A stretch of 64,000 bases of DNA, taken from sequence record OR062947.1. One strand, given 5' to 3'. A model generated the notes under the pieces. The model was not told the DNA's origin, searched no databases, and saw only the letters and a program-made list of their open reading frames with translations. Below are positions 25,173 to 35,827 of this stretch, one piece after another; the first letter of the stretch is position 1, and each line of letters opens with the position of its first letter. The position numbers and the translations under genes were made by a program. Source of the DNA: Escherichia phage 348Ecol098PP.

Positions 25173-26044
25173 TATTGAGCGACCCCAATTTTCTGAGTTG
25201 AGATAATTTTAACTGCTGAACGTAATCCAATAATATCGGATGTAATCGTCATAGTAGCAAAGTTGTTAATAATACTAAAGCTAATATTAGCAATCTCGTC
25301 GGTTTCATCTACATTACCAACTCGCATTACTGCAAATTCGGTAGAAAGAACTTCTGAGTTAATTGTATCTATTAGAATATTTATTTCGCATGTTTTTATT
25401 TTTCTACCGTCGGCGGATTGGCATGTAACAAGCAATTTAGCCATGTTATAATCTGTGCGATAAAACAGAGGAATAGAAACTGTGTTTCCTGTAAGACCCC
25501 AAGTCCCATCGACAGGAGATTCTTTCTGCCCAAACATGCTATCAGTAGAATAATTCCATACTGAAGTTGGCCCATTAATTTCAACACAACGAAGAACAAC
25601 ATGGGTATAAGGGGTGGAAATAACAAGATTATTAAGAACACCTTTAATCGAACCATCGGTTACTTGGATACTTAAAGGATTGTTAACAGAAATAGACCCA
25701 TTAGAGTTTATGAATTCTACAGAGTCACCTAATTCAGGACGGTCAATAATAACAATCACACCGCCATCAGAAGCATCAATATCATGCATGGTGCCGGGTT
25801 TAATAGGAGTTTGATAATCGACCGCCTTTCCTTTTTGATAATAACCTGTAGCATGAATAGTTTGACCTGTAGGTCCGGTTCCATCTGCTACGGCCATTTT
25901 ACGTTGATCGCCAAATGCATTGTAAATAGCGTTGATATCGTCATTTATTTTATTACCACCGTCGAATAAGATATCACCTGTTGAGGCATTACCAATTTCG
26001 CCGGTATCGATTAATTGTTTAGGAGTTTGCTTAAAAAATGCCAT
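25172..26044 (-). CDS. 9: Baseplate wedge / long tail fibre socket protein gp9
   Basis: 290 aa, synteny. Confidence 0.85.
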   Translation of the reverse strand: MAFFKQTPKQLIDTGEIGNASTGDILFDGGNKINDDINAIYNAFGDQRKMAVADGTGPTGQTIHATGYYQKGKAVDYQTPIKPGTMHDIDASDGGVIVIIDRPELGDSVEFINSNGSISVNNPLSIQVTDGSIKGVLNNLVISTPYTHVVLRCVEINGPTSVWNYSTDSMFGQKESPVDGTWGLTGNTVSIPLFYRTDYNMAKLLVTCQSADGRKIKTCEINILIDTINSEVLSTEFAVMRVGNVDETDEIANISFSIINNFATMTITSDIIGLRSAVKIISTQKIGVAQ

Positions 26045-26076
26045 AATTCTGCCTTTTGTTGTCCGATATTATATTC

Positions 26077-26084
26077 TATTTATA
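26077..26084 (-). promoter_or_regulatory. Late promoter TATAAATA (gene 9)
   Basis: Plus-strand TATTTATA between gene 8 terminator hairpin and gene 9. Confidence 0.55.
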
Positions 26085-26089
26085 GATAC

Positions 26090-26115
26090 AAAAATGGGAG
26101 CCCGAAGGCTCCCTA
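26090..26115 (-). terminator. Hairpin after gene 8
   Basis: GGGAGCC-CGAA-GGCTCCC between gene 8 stop and gene 9 late promoter. Confidence 0.5.
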
Positions 26116-26116
26116 A

Positions 26117-27121
26117 TTAAAACATAAACAAAATGTTAATTTCTTCTGTTTGGTCCATTGCCATAATAACAGGTGGGCGGTTTTCCATATAAATCATTTC
26201 ACCAGAATGACGTTGCAGGTCTCTAGGGTCGTAATAATCCTTTTCTGCTTTAACATTAGGGTCATTTGGATTTTTCTTAGCTTCTAACGGGTTTGCGATA
26301 ATTGATATCTGTCTAAAACCCTTGTTACCAGGCAAAGCTGCCTCAGGGAAATAAACAGAATCAAAATATGCTTTAAACCGCATCGTATTAGCTTTAACAC
26401 GGTAAATCAAGCCGTAGTCATCTTGTTGCCAAGTTAAGTTATTTTCATATCCCCAACGGGTGGGGTCTTCTTTAATTTCTTCCGGCCATGGAACTACAAG
26501 ATATTCATTAGTGCAACGGTTAATTGACACATCGGCAGGAATCTCATAAAGATATTCCCAAATATATCCATCACCGGTTTCGATAACCCCATTAGCATCG
26601 CCTCTGCCTTCAGGAGGAGACATAGAACGAACAGACGGGGTCCATTTACCACCTAATTTAAGACATTCATCTTTATTATCTAAAGATTCTATTGAACAGA
26701 GCCCTACGTCAGGGACATCTAAACAACGGTAAATTAACCAACCGGCTCCAACTTCTGTCGCGTTATACGGAGCAGTATTACATGCGACTATATCGTTAAT
26801 TCTAAACGTGTAAGGGTCTGGATATCGCACATCTCCCCAATCACGTCTAGGAATAACAGAATCTAACATTGAAGGTAAAACTTTAACGGTGCCCATCATA
26901 TGGGTCCACATATCAGTAACGCCAAGAACAGAATCTGTAGGATAAGGTGGGGCGAAGCCCACCTCATTTTCATTTGACGCCCAAGGCTCTGAACGTCCAA
27001 ACGTAATATAAATGGAGTTCTTATCGTCTCCATCCCCAACTGAATTATAAAAATTCAGCATTTTCTCTGTTCTAAATTTTGATGTAACTATTGCACGATA
27101 GATAACACTTGAATCATTCAT
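26117..27121 (-). CDS. 8: Baseplate wedge protein gp8
   Basis: 334 aa (same as T4), synteny. Confidence 0.85.
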   Translation of the reverse strand: MNDSSVIYRAIVTSKFRTEKMLNFYNSVGDGDDKNSIYITFGRSEPWASNENEVGFAPPYPTDSVLGVTDMWTHMMGTVKVLPSMLDSVIPRRDWGDVRYPDPYTFRINDIVACNTAPYNATEVGAGWLIYRCLDVPDVGLCSIESLDNKDECLKLGGKWTPSVRSMSPPEGRGDANGVIETGDGYIWEYLYEIPADVSINRCTNEYLVVPWPEEIKEDPTRWGYENNLTWQQDDYGLIYRVKANTMRFKAYFDSVYFPEAALPGNKGFRQISIIANPLEAKKNPNDPNVKAEKDYYDPRDLQRHSGEMIYMENRPPVIMAMDQTEEINILFMF

Positions 27122-30100
27122 CTAATTTAACCTGTGGTGGATTCACGGGGTCTCTTGGATTTCCTACATTATCGATTAACCGTTGTTCAACCAAATCTCT
27201 AAATCTAGAGAATGTTGTTCCGGACGCATCAAATAATGGGCTCATCAGTTTACGTCGTTCCGATGGAAGTTGACCTTGAAATATGGAGTTATTGTTTTCA
27301 GCGTTATAATCTTCAGGTAATGGATAATCTTGACCAGCCATAGGGCCTATTTCATATATCGCTTTACCTGTAATAGGGTCAAACTCAACATTTCCTTGTG
27401 GGTCTAATTTAGCCACTCGGTCTGCATATTTAGTCGGTAATCCAGAATCCCACTTATAGTTTTTATATTTATTAATAATGGTTTCAACATGTTTAAGTGT
27501 TAATCCGGTGTTAATAAACATTGTGAGAAGGGTAATTGCGATAAATCCAAATCCAACCGGATGAACAAAACGTAATACGTCTGATTTCCAACGAGATGAC
27601 GGAAGTTTAGATTTAATCTTCATTACGTAGTATGCTCTACCACGATTTATGTAATCGATGTTGTTCTGAGAAAGCTCTTTACCTTTAATACCACGAACAA
27701 TTTCACCTTCAAAACTAGGGAGTCTTTCAGCTTTAACTTCCTGTCCTTGGATTAAACGACCTAAGAGGTTGTGAATTGTTACAGTCCATTGTAATTTACC
27801 TTTAGAGTAACTTCTCTCGATATACGTCACATTACAACGTCCTGTAGCGGTGTATATGGTTTGACCTACTAAATCTTCTGTCAACGAATCAGATTCAATG
27901 ATGATATCATATTCGGTCCCTGAACTGGATTCAATTTCAATTTCAACATCTTCGTTATAAAGCACTTTAAACAAGAATTTATATGATGCTTCAGTTCCTT
28001 TAGTTGAATAGAAGTCATAACTTCTTGATTCAAAGAAACGAGACACTAAATCACGTTTTTCAGCGTTTAAGTAAATGTTTCGTTTATAAATCTCAGACCA
28101 TAAATATTCCCACGCATGTTCTTCTCGCGGATATTGATTTTTAATAAGATTTAAAAGGTTGTTATAATGGGTCCCATAGCCATCAGAAAGATACTGAATA
28201 TAAGCCTCACAGAATGCTTCGAAGTTTGTATTATCTAAAAGATAAGACTCCGGCATCATTGTAGTGAGCAATGGTCGTAAATCTGGGTCCGCGATACCGT
28301 TCTCTTCCACAGGAGTCCATGTGGTATCTTTTTCTTGGTTTTGTAACGATGCTGTTAAGAATATATTAGTAGGCTTCCAAATTATAGAAACATTATCTCT
28401 AACACGATAACTAAAATCATAATAAGAAATAATCTCACCTGATGATTTATAGAAAATCATGCCAGATGCATATTTTTTAAATCCGGTGAAATCTACGTTA
28501 GGCATCACTATTGTACAGTCACCGTCCTTCCAATATTCATGAACTTCACGGTCTGAAGAACTAAGTGGATGATTCTCAATAACCTTAGTGTAAAGTAAAT
28601 CAGAATAAATTACAACGGCCTTGTCTGAGTTATTAATCCAACATCGAGTACCAGACTTTCTAGAATAACTAAAGAATGGCTCGGCATAGTATTCCATCGG
28701 TTGAGGAGTGAACGATTCCCATTGAGAGTCTTCGGTTGAAATAAATGCCATCATATGGTAATGTTTATCAGCCAACCATTCGCGAGGATACTCATATTTA
28801 GCAGCCCCGATTAAACCGTACTTGACTTGTGTTTTTGGGTCATCAACAATATCCGATTCTAGAAATTTAAAATTACTAGATGAAATAGATAACTCAACAC
28901 CATCAGTAGACATACTGGTGTACCCAGGTTCAATACGACGGCGTTCTTCTTCAGTATTACCAAACACACGTTTAAATGTGCCAGCATCATGGTCTAGAAC
29001 GTAAACACCCTTATCAGCAGAATCAACAATAGGAGTGGTCCTCGGGTCGTCATTAAGATTAACAACTTCACCGATAATCAGTGCAAATATTTTACCGCCG
29101 ACAGAATCCATTTTATAGCAAACTGCCTTAGGGTTACCTGTGATGTTAAATGTTTCTTGTTCAAACAAACGTTCGGAATATGTCGGAGATAACGGGTCTG
29201 AATCAATAGGGGCATTACTAGTTTTAATAAAACGAACTTTATCTCGAGCAGCAACGTATACATAATCGTCGTTGCAAACGATAGCTTCTGCAATACGTGA
29301 TACGTTAGCAGGTAATGATGCGTAGTTACCAAATATTTCTACATCATATCCTAAATTTAACTGGTCACCAATTTTAGCAAATGTTATATCTTGAGAACTA
29401 AATCTCACATCATCAGCAGACCAACGAACGTCGGTTGATTTACGGCCGTAAAATAATTTATCATACCCAAGAACATACGTGGTGTAATCTGTCTGGTAAT
29501 ACACTGTTCTTGATACAGGGTACCCTACACGGTCATTAAACAATTTAACCGATTTCCAGGTTTGTCCCTTATCATTAGAGACTTTAACCACGGGCTGATA
29601 CCGTTCAAACAAATAAAGAATTCCTTCGGATTCCATCAAATAAACACGGTTTATATCATGACACACCTGTTGAATCGAACCTTGAATTTCATGATACTCA
29701 TTTTCGCCAATAATGAAATTTTTAATAGATGAAATATCTGCATAAGCAGGGCTAAATTGGAACGATTCATTCATTAGAGCTGCCATTATAGTGTCGTTAT
29801 TAAAATCGACATAAGCCATGTTGTTATTTGTAAATTTTTCTCTAATAAAAGTGTTAGCCAATTGCATTTCAATCATATGTTGAAATGTATACGCGTTAGT
29901 CTGAAATGATTCAAATATTTCGGTATATACCCAATCAGATCTCTCGAAGCCTTCGGCTGCAGTTGATACACGAATAATATAAGAAGTTAATGGGTCTAAG
30001 CTACTTTCGAACCAGTTGCTATCAGGAGTATATCCTAAATTTATCCATCTGTAGCTGGCAGGGGGAATTATTTCCCCATCTGCCGTTTTAGTCTCAGCGA

Positions 30101-30212
30101 TTTCTACGAAATAGTAGAAATTAGCACCAACGTCATCCCAGCGTATTTGAACTTGGTTAGCGGACAACTTGGATATTCTGAGACTTGTGACTGCTGGCGC
30201 TTTTACTGTCAT
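27114..30212 (-). CDS. 7: Baseplate wedge protein gp7
   Basis: 1032 aa (same as T4 gp7), synteny. Confidence 0.9.
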   Translation of the reverse strand: MTVKAPAVTSLRISKLSANQVQIRWDDVGANFYYFVEIAETKTADGEIIPPASYRWINLGYTPDSNWFESSLDPLTSYIIRVSTAAEGFERSDWVYTEIFESFQTNAYTFQHMIEMQLANTFIREKFTNNNMAYVDFNNDTIMAALMNESFQFSPAYADISSIKNFIIGENEYHEIQGSIQQVCHDINRVYLMESEGILYLFERYQPVVKVSNDKGQTWKSVKLFNDRVGYPVSRTVYYQTDYTTYVLGYDKLFYGRKSTDVRWSADDVRFSSQDITFAKIGDQLNLGYDVEIFGNYASLPANVSRIAEAIVCNDDYVYVAARDKVRFIKTSNAPIDSDPLSPTYSERLFEQETFNITGNPKAVCYKMDSVGGKIFALIIGEVVNLNDDPRTTPIVDSADKGVYVLDHDAGTFKRVFGNTEEERRRIEPGYTSMSTDGVELSISSSNFKFLESDIVDDPKTQVKYGLIGAAKYEYPREWLADKHYHMMAFISTEDSQWESFTPQPMEYYAEPFFSYSRKSGTRCWINNSDKAVVIYSDLLYTKVIENHPLSSSDREVHEYWKDGDCTIVMPNVDFTGFKKYASGMIFYKSSGEIISYYDFSYRVRDNVSIIWKPTNIFLTASLQNQEKDTTWTPVEENGIADPDLRPLLTTMMPESYLLDNTNFEAFCEAYIQYLSDGYGTHYNNLLNLIKNQYPREEHAWEYLWSEIYKRNIYLNAEKRDLVSRFFESRSYDFYSTKGTEASYKFLFKVLYNEDVEIEIESSSGTEYDIIIESDSLTEDLVGQTIYTATGRCNVTYIERSYSKGKLQWTVTIHNLLGRLIQGQEVKAERLPSFEGEIVRGIKGKELSQNNIDYINRGRAYYVMKIKSKLPSSRWKSDVLRFVHPVGFGFIAITLLTMFINTGLTLKHVETIINKYKNYKWDSGLPTKYADRVAKLDPQGNVEFDPITGKAIYEIGPMAGQDYPLPEDYNAENNNSIFQGQLPSERRKLMSPLFDASGTTFSRFRDLVEQRLIDNVGNPRDPVNPPQVKLDE

Positions 30213-32182
30213 TGTGAAATAGGCTCCAAATCTATAGTTAAGTACTGAGGACGTAAGTCATTTTCGAATACGATTAAAGAACCATCCTTTGTAAAAATAA
30301 TATCATCTGCAGGGTCGGAATAAAGTTCAATTGTTTGAACTTCAAAACGGTCTGAAGTGAGGTCAATTTTAGCAATGTTCCAATAAATCGAATCGGCAGG
30401 ATAATTCACTTCACCAATTGAATAGTATTTGTTTCGTCCGTCAGTAACAGTAAGTTTATTAAAATCATTACCTGTATAAGGTTGTATATTTTCGTTTTCA
30501 ACAACATCACCGTCTGCAAATGGACCAATAATAACTTGACCTATGCCACGATCATTACGGTCAGAAGATACTATGCGAACACCGTATTTAATAGTTTCGT
30601 TTGCATTTTCTGGATTAGGTCTGTGCGAATCAAACGAGAATATATTAGATTCCATCGATCTATCTTTAATCTGATTATTGTATTTAATACCGGCCTCAGG
30701 CGTTTTATAGAAGTTTTGTACTTCGCGAACCATTTGAATAGTAGCTGAAGAACCAATAATAGAAATATCTGCATCATCGACATAAGTTAGCATTTTAGAT
30801 TTTGCAAACGATGAGTTAAAAATTTCTACATCTTCAATATAATATCGGTCAATTTTATTAATAATTTGCCCTTCAAGATATTGTTCTGATTCTTGGAGTT
30901 TATTCAACGCGTATGTAACTTTGATATTCATTTTGATAAACAAATAATCAGGCGAAATAACAACAGGTGTAATAGTCCCTAAGTTATAATCATTCAAATA
31001 GTTTTTGATATCATCACGTTGGACAGAAGTCAAATACAATCCAGATTTAGGCTTAGCAGCAATATATGCGTACCCTGGTTTAGATGAATCTGTGAATGTT
31101 TGAACCGCTTGAATAATAGAACCAAACCGCTCAGAAACGAATGTGTCATAGTCGGAAGCGGTTACACAACGTTGTTGAGTTTCGCGTTTAATTGTGCCTA
31201 ATTCGCGGATACGTTCAATATCTTCAGGGTCACCACCGCCGTCAGCCCCAACAAAGTCTGGGTTATTGCTAGGGTTCTCGTTAATATCGATTACCGTGAT
31301 ATTAGCTAATGTATCAGCATAAGAAAATCCTACGGCACCGTTAGCATCTGCGCCATTAGTAGAAATATACTCAATTACGATTTTAGAACCCTGAACAGGT
31401 TTAAGGCCACCAATATAGTTAGACGTTAACGCACCTTCTGACGTGTTAATAGAGATTTCGCCTTCACCAAAATAAAATTCGGTGTTCCCATCAACTGTTT
31501 CACGCATATAATAGATTGTTGACGTAGAACCAGCGTGAACCATCGACTTACGAGTCCAGTTAATCCATTCTGCTCCGTCAACATACAACTTAACCAAATT
31601 ACGGTCAATATTCTTATCACGAATAATGATAGGTTTTAATTTATCAAATGTTAATTCAGTGCGAACAATACGTCCTTGAGCTAATCGAAGACGTGGAAAA
31701 TATTGGTTATTTTTGTCTTTAACTACAATGACATCTTCAGTAGAAACAAAGTTATATGGGTTAACAGAAGTATCTTTAGCGTATGCTAAGAAACGAGTGC
31801 CACGTGGAATGGTGATATAGTTTCTATTTAATGCATCCGTACATGTGAGCATAATTTCTGTTTGTGCTGCTGATTTAGATGAAGGCAGATATCCGTTATC
31901 TTGAGCCGCTTGTACAACAGAACTACGCAAGTTTGCAGTACGCATAAAACTTTCATATACAGCGCTATTACTAAACTGTTGGATGTAAAGAGTGTTATAT
32001 GCTAAAAGGTCACACAATACGTTTAAGCGTGAACCTTCAAAATCATAATCAAGAAATTCATTCTGTCCATTGAGCCATTCGATAATGTTCTGTTTGATTT
32101 CGGCAAATGTGCCCCCGATAAAAATCTCGGGAATAGCATTCGCTGTTCGGGTTAATTGATAATTTACAGGAGTGTTTGCCAT
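30209..32182 (-). CDS. 6: Baseplate wedge protein gp6
   Basis: ORF track runs to 32239 but MANTPVNYQ... start at 32182 fits T4 gp6 N-terminus and avoids overlap with 5.4. Confidence 0.85.
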   Translation of the reverse strand: MANTPVNYQLTRTANAIPEIFIGGTFAEIKQNIIEWLNGQNEFLDYDFEGSRLNVLCDLLAYNTLYIQQFSNSAVYESFMRTANLRSSVVQAAQDNGYLPSSKSAAQTEIMLTCTDALNRNYITIPRGTRFLAYAKDTSVNPYNFVSTEDVIVVKDKNNQYFPRLRLAQGRIVRTELTFDKLKPIIIRDKNIDRNLVKLYVDGAEWINWTRKSMVHAGSTSTIYYMRETVDGNTEFYFGEGEISINTSEGALTSNYIGGLKPVQGSKIVIEYISTNGADANGAVGFSYADTLANITVIDINENPSNNPDFVGADGGGDPEDIERIRELGTIKRETQQRCVTASDYDTFVSERFGSIIQAVQTFTDSSKPGYAYIAAKPKSGLYLTSVQRDDIKNYLNDYNLGTITPVVISPDYLFIKMNIKVTYALNKLQESEQYLEGQIINKIDRYYIEDVEIFNSSFAKSKMLTYVDDADISIIGSSATIQMVREVQNFYKTPEAGIKYNNQIKDRSMESNIFSFDSHRPNPENANETIKYGVRIVSSDRNDRGIGQVIIGPFADGDVVENENIQPYTGNDFNKLTVTDGRNKYYSIGEVNYPADSIYWNIAKIDLTSDRFEVQTIELYSDPADDIIFTKDGSLIVFENDLRPQYLTIDLEPISQ

Positions 32183-32190
32183 TTTAATTC

Positions 32191-32484
32191 CTATTTTATA
32201 AAGACTTTTGACGAGGCCTGAGAAACAGTATCCCCGCATGAAATTGGGTCAGCCATTTGAACGGCCTTTTTACCTGTGACGTATACTTTAGATGTACGAG
32301 GTTCAGTAACACCTCCATGAGTCTCGTATGGTTTTTTAATTTCTGTATGAGGTGTTATTTGGTCTCCTGCCACAAGAACAGGAATACCGCCGGTGAACAC
32401 TTTAGATTGGGAAGCATTTATTACAGTAGGAGGCCATGCTTCATGACCTGCTGTAACGCACTTGTCGTAACTTAAGCCAGACAT
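32191..32484 (-). CDS. 5.4: PAAR-type tail spike tip protein gp5.4
   Basis: 97 aa from internal Met (MSGLSYDK...), same length as T4 gp5.4; between 5.1 and 6. Confidence 0.75.
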   Translation of the reverse strand: MSGLSYDKCVTAGHEAWPPTVINASQSKVFTGGIPVLVAGDQITPHTEIKKPYETHGGVTEPRTSKVYVTGKKAVQMADPISCGDTVSQASSKVFIK

Positions 32485-32486
32485 TT

Positions 32487-33002
32487 TCACGGCCTCACAT
32501 AAACATAGTTTCGTAATTGATGGGCCCATTTGCTCCAATTTCCTACTATAGTTTTTGTATAAACCTTAGTAAGAGTTTTTTGTACTGGAGCTGGTGGAGG
32601 TTCTGTACCAGAGTCACTTCTAGAACCGCCTGATGAACTTTCTTCTTGGTAGTTATAAATCATTTCAACCGTATAACTAAACACTTTACGAAGATTCTGA
32701 GGAGCTCTCCACAAATATAACTGTGTGGATTCATCTTTTGGTAAATCATCCCATGAAGATGCGGTTTCAAAATCATCATTTAATCGGTATTTCAATGCAT
32801 CCGAAGAAAAGCTAAACACACTTTCATATATTCCATATAAACGATTGCCATCTACCGTAATGCCTTGTGTCGGTTCATAATCTGTTATATTTATTGACAC
32901 TAAAGTTTCGGTTGTTTCTAACTGTGGAGTAAAAAGGACGTCAATAGACGCCCCTTCCATGTCTTCTCCTAAGTCGGTATTTAAAGGAAGTATTTGTGCC
33001 AT
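32487..33002 (-). CDS. 5.1: Hypothetical protein in gp5-gp6 interval (5.1 position)
   Basis: 171 aa ORF between gene 5 and 5.4. Confidence 0.5.
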   Translation of the reverse strand: MAQILPLNTDLGEDMEGASIDVLFTPQLETTETLVSINITDYEPTQGITVDGNRLYGIYESVFSFSSDALKYRLNDDFETASSWDDLPKDESTQLYLWRAPQNLRKVFSYTVEMIYNYQEESSSGGSRSDSGTEPPPAPVQKTLTKVYTKTIVGNWSKWAHQLRNYVYVRP

Positions 33003-33005
33003 ATA

Positions 33006-34739
33006 TTACCCAATATCAATACGAGATCCGTCAACAGTGTATTGTCCTGAAGCTACTGAGCTCATTGTAGACATTGTTTCTGCCCAATCCCCGGCAACAG
33101 TCATATCAACATTACCATTAACGGTCCATTTAACGTTTCCGTTGACAGTGTAATCATGATTCCCTTCGACCTGAGTTTTAGCATCACCTTTAACAAGAAT
33201 ATCTGCATTTCCGTCAACAACTATTTTGATATTACCCTTAACGTAAAGAGTTCCATCGCCTTCAACAGTTTTAGTTTGGTTACCACGAATAAAGATTGTG
33301 TCATTGCCGTCTATTTGATGGAGGCGGTCTGCCATGTTATAATATATTTCATTAGCACCAACGTTAACAAGCTTATCGCCAGAAATCAAGAAGTTCCCAT
33401 CGCCATTAGTGATGTCAAAAAGGTCTTCTACAGTTTTACGAGTACGACGCCCAGACGGAGAAACTTCCTCATATGACCCTGTTGGATGAACTAAGCGATA
33501 ACGTTCATTACCTGGAGTATCGTCAAATTCTTGGATATGACCACTTTCTGTTTCCATAGCATGAACGTATGGATACTCACCACGATAACTTGATTCCGGT
33601 TCTTTAAAAAGGATACGTGAATCTAATGGAACAGGAGGACCAGCCGGGTCTTCTGGATCGGTATTTCTAGTAACTAAATCAGCACCAACTCCTGGTGAAG
33701 GCGGTGTTTTAACAGGAACACCGTATGATTCCATGTTACCAGTTAAAATAATTGTTGTTACACGTGAAGCACGCCCTTTAGTCTGTTGGAACCATAATGA
33801 ATCGCGTCCAGATTTGTATGCAGTTTTCCAATCACCTGTGGCCATTGCTTTAAGCATAGTATTGAATTTTGCTACACCACCAACACCCATTTGGAAGCAC
33901 ATGTTTTCTAATGCCATTTGACGAGACCTGTTCATTTTAGCATAAACAGGACCTACTTTAGAATTAGAACGAATGTCTTTCTGCATCTTAGCAAGGTCTT
34001 TCTCAAATAACGCTGTTGCTTCTTCTAATGTAATAGTTCCGGGATTTCCTGTTACTTCACGCCCTACTTGATCGGATAACAATTTATTAATTCGAGACAT
34101 ATCTCGGGTCTTTTCCATTACGATAAGGTGTCCAATACCTACTGTAGGATATCCGAGATGGTCCCAATACACTTTATCACGAAGACCTTCGTCACGACGT
34201 AACATTTCTGTTATTGTAAAATTAGGGTCATCATCTTCTGGAATATTTGCTAAATCTGTATCATCTGGGTTTATACCATAATCCAAGTTGTTGTCTTGAA
34301 TTACGTTAGAGTTCGAATAATAACCAGCTTCACCACCTTGGTTTAATACGTTCGTATCATTACCTAAACGTCGTGGATACTGGCCTGTCGGGTCCGAAAA
34401 ACCTTCAAGTCTATTAGGCTTTTCACGTACGATTCCGCCGTATGTACCAAGTACGATCCCGTTTGTTTTCCATTTGTCTAAGAAATGACCATATACTCGA
34501 GTTCCTTCAACAGGACCTGTAACAGAACCACCAATACCTGACATTGATGCAGACGTAATAGGTTGAATAACAGTCATCCATGGAAGTTTTTCTGTAGGAA
34601 TACCCTGCACATCGCCTTGTACTCTCTGTGCGGGATGAAGTCCAACTACTCGCACTCGAACTCGCCCTTGTTTTAATGGGTCCATTCTGTCTTCGACAAC
34701 ACCCACGAACCAATTAAGGCTACTGCTAATCATTTCCAT
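33006..34739 (-). CDS. 5: Baseplate hub subunit and tail lysozyme gp5
   Basis: 577 aa; internal lysozyme domain DEGLRDKVYWDHLGYPTVGIGHLI similar to gene e lysozyme motif; C-terminal beta-helix repeats (VxGNxxxxV). Confidence 0.9.
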   Translation of the reverse strand: MEMISSSLNWFVGVVEDRMDPLKQGRVRVRVVGLHPAQRVQGDVQGIPTEKLPWMTVIQPITSASMSGIGGSVTGPVEGTRVYGHFLDKWKTNGIVLGTYGGIVREKPNRLEGFSDPTGQYPRRLGNDTNVLNQGGEAGYYSNSNVIQDNNLDYGINPDDTDLANIPEDDDPNFTITEMLRRDEGLRDKVYWDHLGYPTVGIGHLIVMEKTRDMSRINKLLSDQVGREVTGNPGTITLEEATALFEKDLAKMQKDIRSNSKVGPVYAKMNRSRQMALENMCFQMGVGGVAKFNTMLKAMATGDWKTAYKSGRDSLWFQQTKGRASRVTTIILTGNMESYGVPVKTPPSPGVGADLVTRNTDPEDPAGPPVPLDSRILFKEPESSYRGEYPYVHAMETESGHIQEFDDTPGNERYRLVHPTGSYEEVSPSGRRTRKTVEDLFDITNGDGNFLISGDKLVNVGANEIYYNMADRLHQIDGNDTIFIRGNQTKTVEGDGTLYVKGNIKIVVDGNADILVKGDAKTQVEGNHDYTVNGNVKWTVNGNVDMTVAGDWAETMSTMSSVASGQYTVDGSRIDIG

Positions 34740-35314
34740 TATGCAATCTCCATCTCACGAATCAAATCTGTGATAAACGAGTTTATATCTTCTTTTGCAA
34801 CAATTTTTATTTTACGAAGTTTTTCATTATCTAATACTGCCGCTTCATAAGTATCTACTGCAGCTAAAGGTCCTTTATATTGCGGATACTTACGAGCTTC
34901 ATCACCTTTATCGTACCACACTAAAGGCTCGTCCGGATATGAAACCAAATTGTAAAATTTCTCACGATTTTCATTAATATGATAAAGAACTTGGTCGCCG
35001 CCCGCATTAGCATATTTCTGAATAGAAGCTTGATAAGCTGCTTCCTGAGATGTAATCCAACCATAATACGGATCATAGTTATCATTACACATCAAAAGGA
35101 CCCAGTATAATTGAGGGTTGCCATAAATTATGTTTGCTAGTTCTTCAGGACGCGGAGAGCCTTTAATATAATAAGAACGTAATCTATAATTGGCAGCAAC
35201 ACGTTTAAAGTACTCTTTATAGTTACGAAATATGTCTGTCATAGGAATAGTAGGTGCATTCTTATTAACTGTTTTAGCACTATATCCTATTGGGTCGAAG
35301 AATGTAAATAACAA
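34739..35314 (-). CDS. 53: Baseplate wedge protein gp53
   Basis: 191 aa, synteny; late promoter 35357-35364. Confidence 0.8.
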   Translation of the reverse strand: MLFTFFDPIGYSAKTVNKNAPTIPMTDIFRNYKEYFKRVAANYRLRSYYIKGSPRPEELANIIYGNPQLYWVLLMCNDNYDPYYGWITSQEAAYQASIQKYANAGGDQVLYHINENREKFYNLVSYPDEPLVWYDKGDEARKYPQYKGPLAAVDTYEAAVLDNEKLRKIKIVAKEDINSFITDLIREMEIA

Positions 35315-35341
35315 GATAGTCTCCTTCCAATATGAAATTGG

Positions 35342-35349
35342 TATAAATA
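35342..35349 (+). promoter_or_regulatory. Late promoter TATAAATA (gene 4)
   Basis: TATAAATA 27 nt upstream of gene 4 ATG. Confidence 0.6.
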
Positions 35350-35356
35350 ATAATAC

Positions 35357-35364
35357 TATTTATA
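35357..35364 (-). promoter_or_regulatory. Late promoter TATAAATA (gene 53), divergent from the gene 4 promoter
   Basis: Plus-strand TATTTATA upstream of gene 53 on minus strand. Confidence 0.55.
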
Positions 35365-35375
35365 AGGAGGACAAC

Positions 35376-35825
35376 ATGGCCTACTCTGGTAAATGGGTCC
35401 CAAAAAATTTAAAAAAATACCGTGGAGACCATACCAAAATAACGTATCGTTCAAACTGGGAAAAATTCTTTTTCGAATGGTTGGATAAAAATCCAGAAAT
35501 TATTGCATGGGGTAGTGAAACAGCAGTAATTCCATATTTTTGTAATGCTGAAGGTAAGAAACGTCGATACTATATGGACATATGGATGAAAGATGCATCA
35601 GGTCAAGAGTTTTTTGTAGAAATAAAACCAAAGAAAGAAACTCAACCACCTATTAAACCGGTGAATCTTACAACTGCGGCTAAGAAACGTTATATGAATG
35701 AAATATATACCTGGTCTGTGAACTGTGACAAATGGAAAGCTGCCTCAGCTGTTGCTGAAAAGAGAAATATAAAATTTCGAGTTCTAACCGAAGATGGTCT
35801 TAGAAAACTCGGATACAAGGGGTAA
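35376..35825 (+). CDS. 4: Head completion protein gp4
   Basis: 150 aa from [10 protein letters not shown] start with SD AAGGAGG; ORF-track upstream extension overlaps gene 53 and is rejected. Confidence 0.8.
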   Translation: MAYSGKWVPKNLKKYRGDHTKITYRSNWEKFFFEWLDKNPEIIAWGSETAVIPYFCNAEGKKRRYYMDIWMKDASGQEFFVEIKPKKETQPPIKPVNLTTAAKKRYMNEIYTWSVNCDKWKAASAVAEKRNIKFRVLTEDGLRKLGYKG

Positions 35826-35827
35826 TT

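Noticed and set aside
30209-32239. Upstream-extended starts given by the ORF track for gene 6 (MRGYCF...), gene 5.4, gene 4, e, denV and several early genes
   Set aside because: Extensions overlap the neighbouring gene and lack an RBS; internal Met with a good SD reproduces the expected T4 N-terminus or length, so the shorter forms were annotated.
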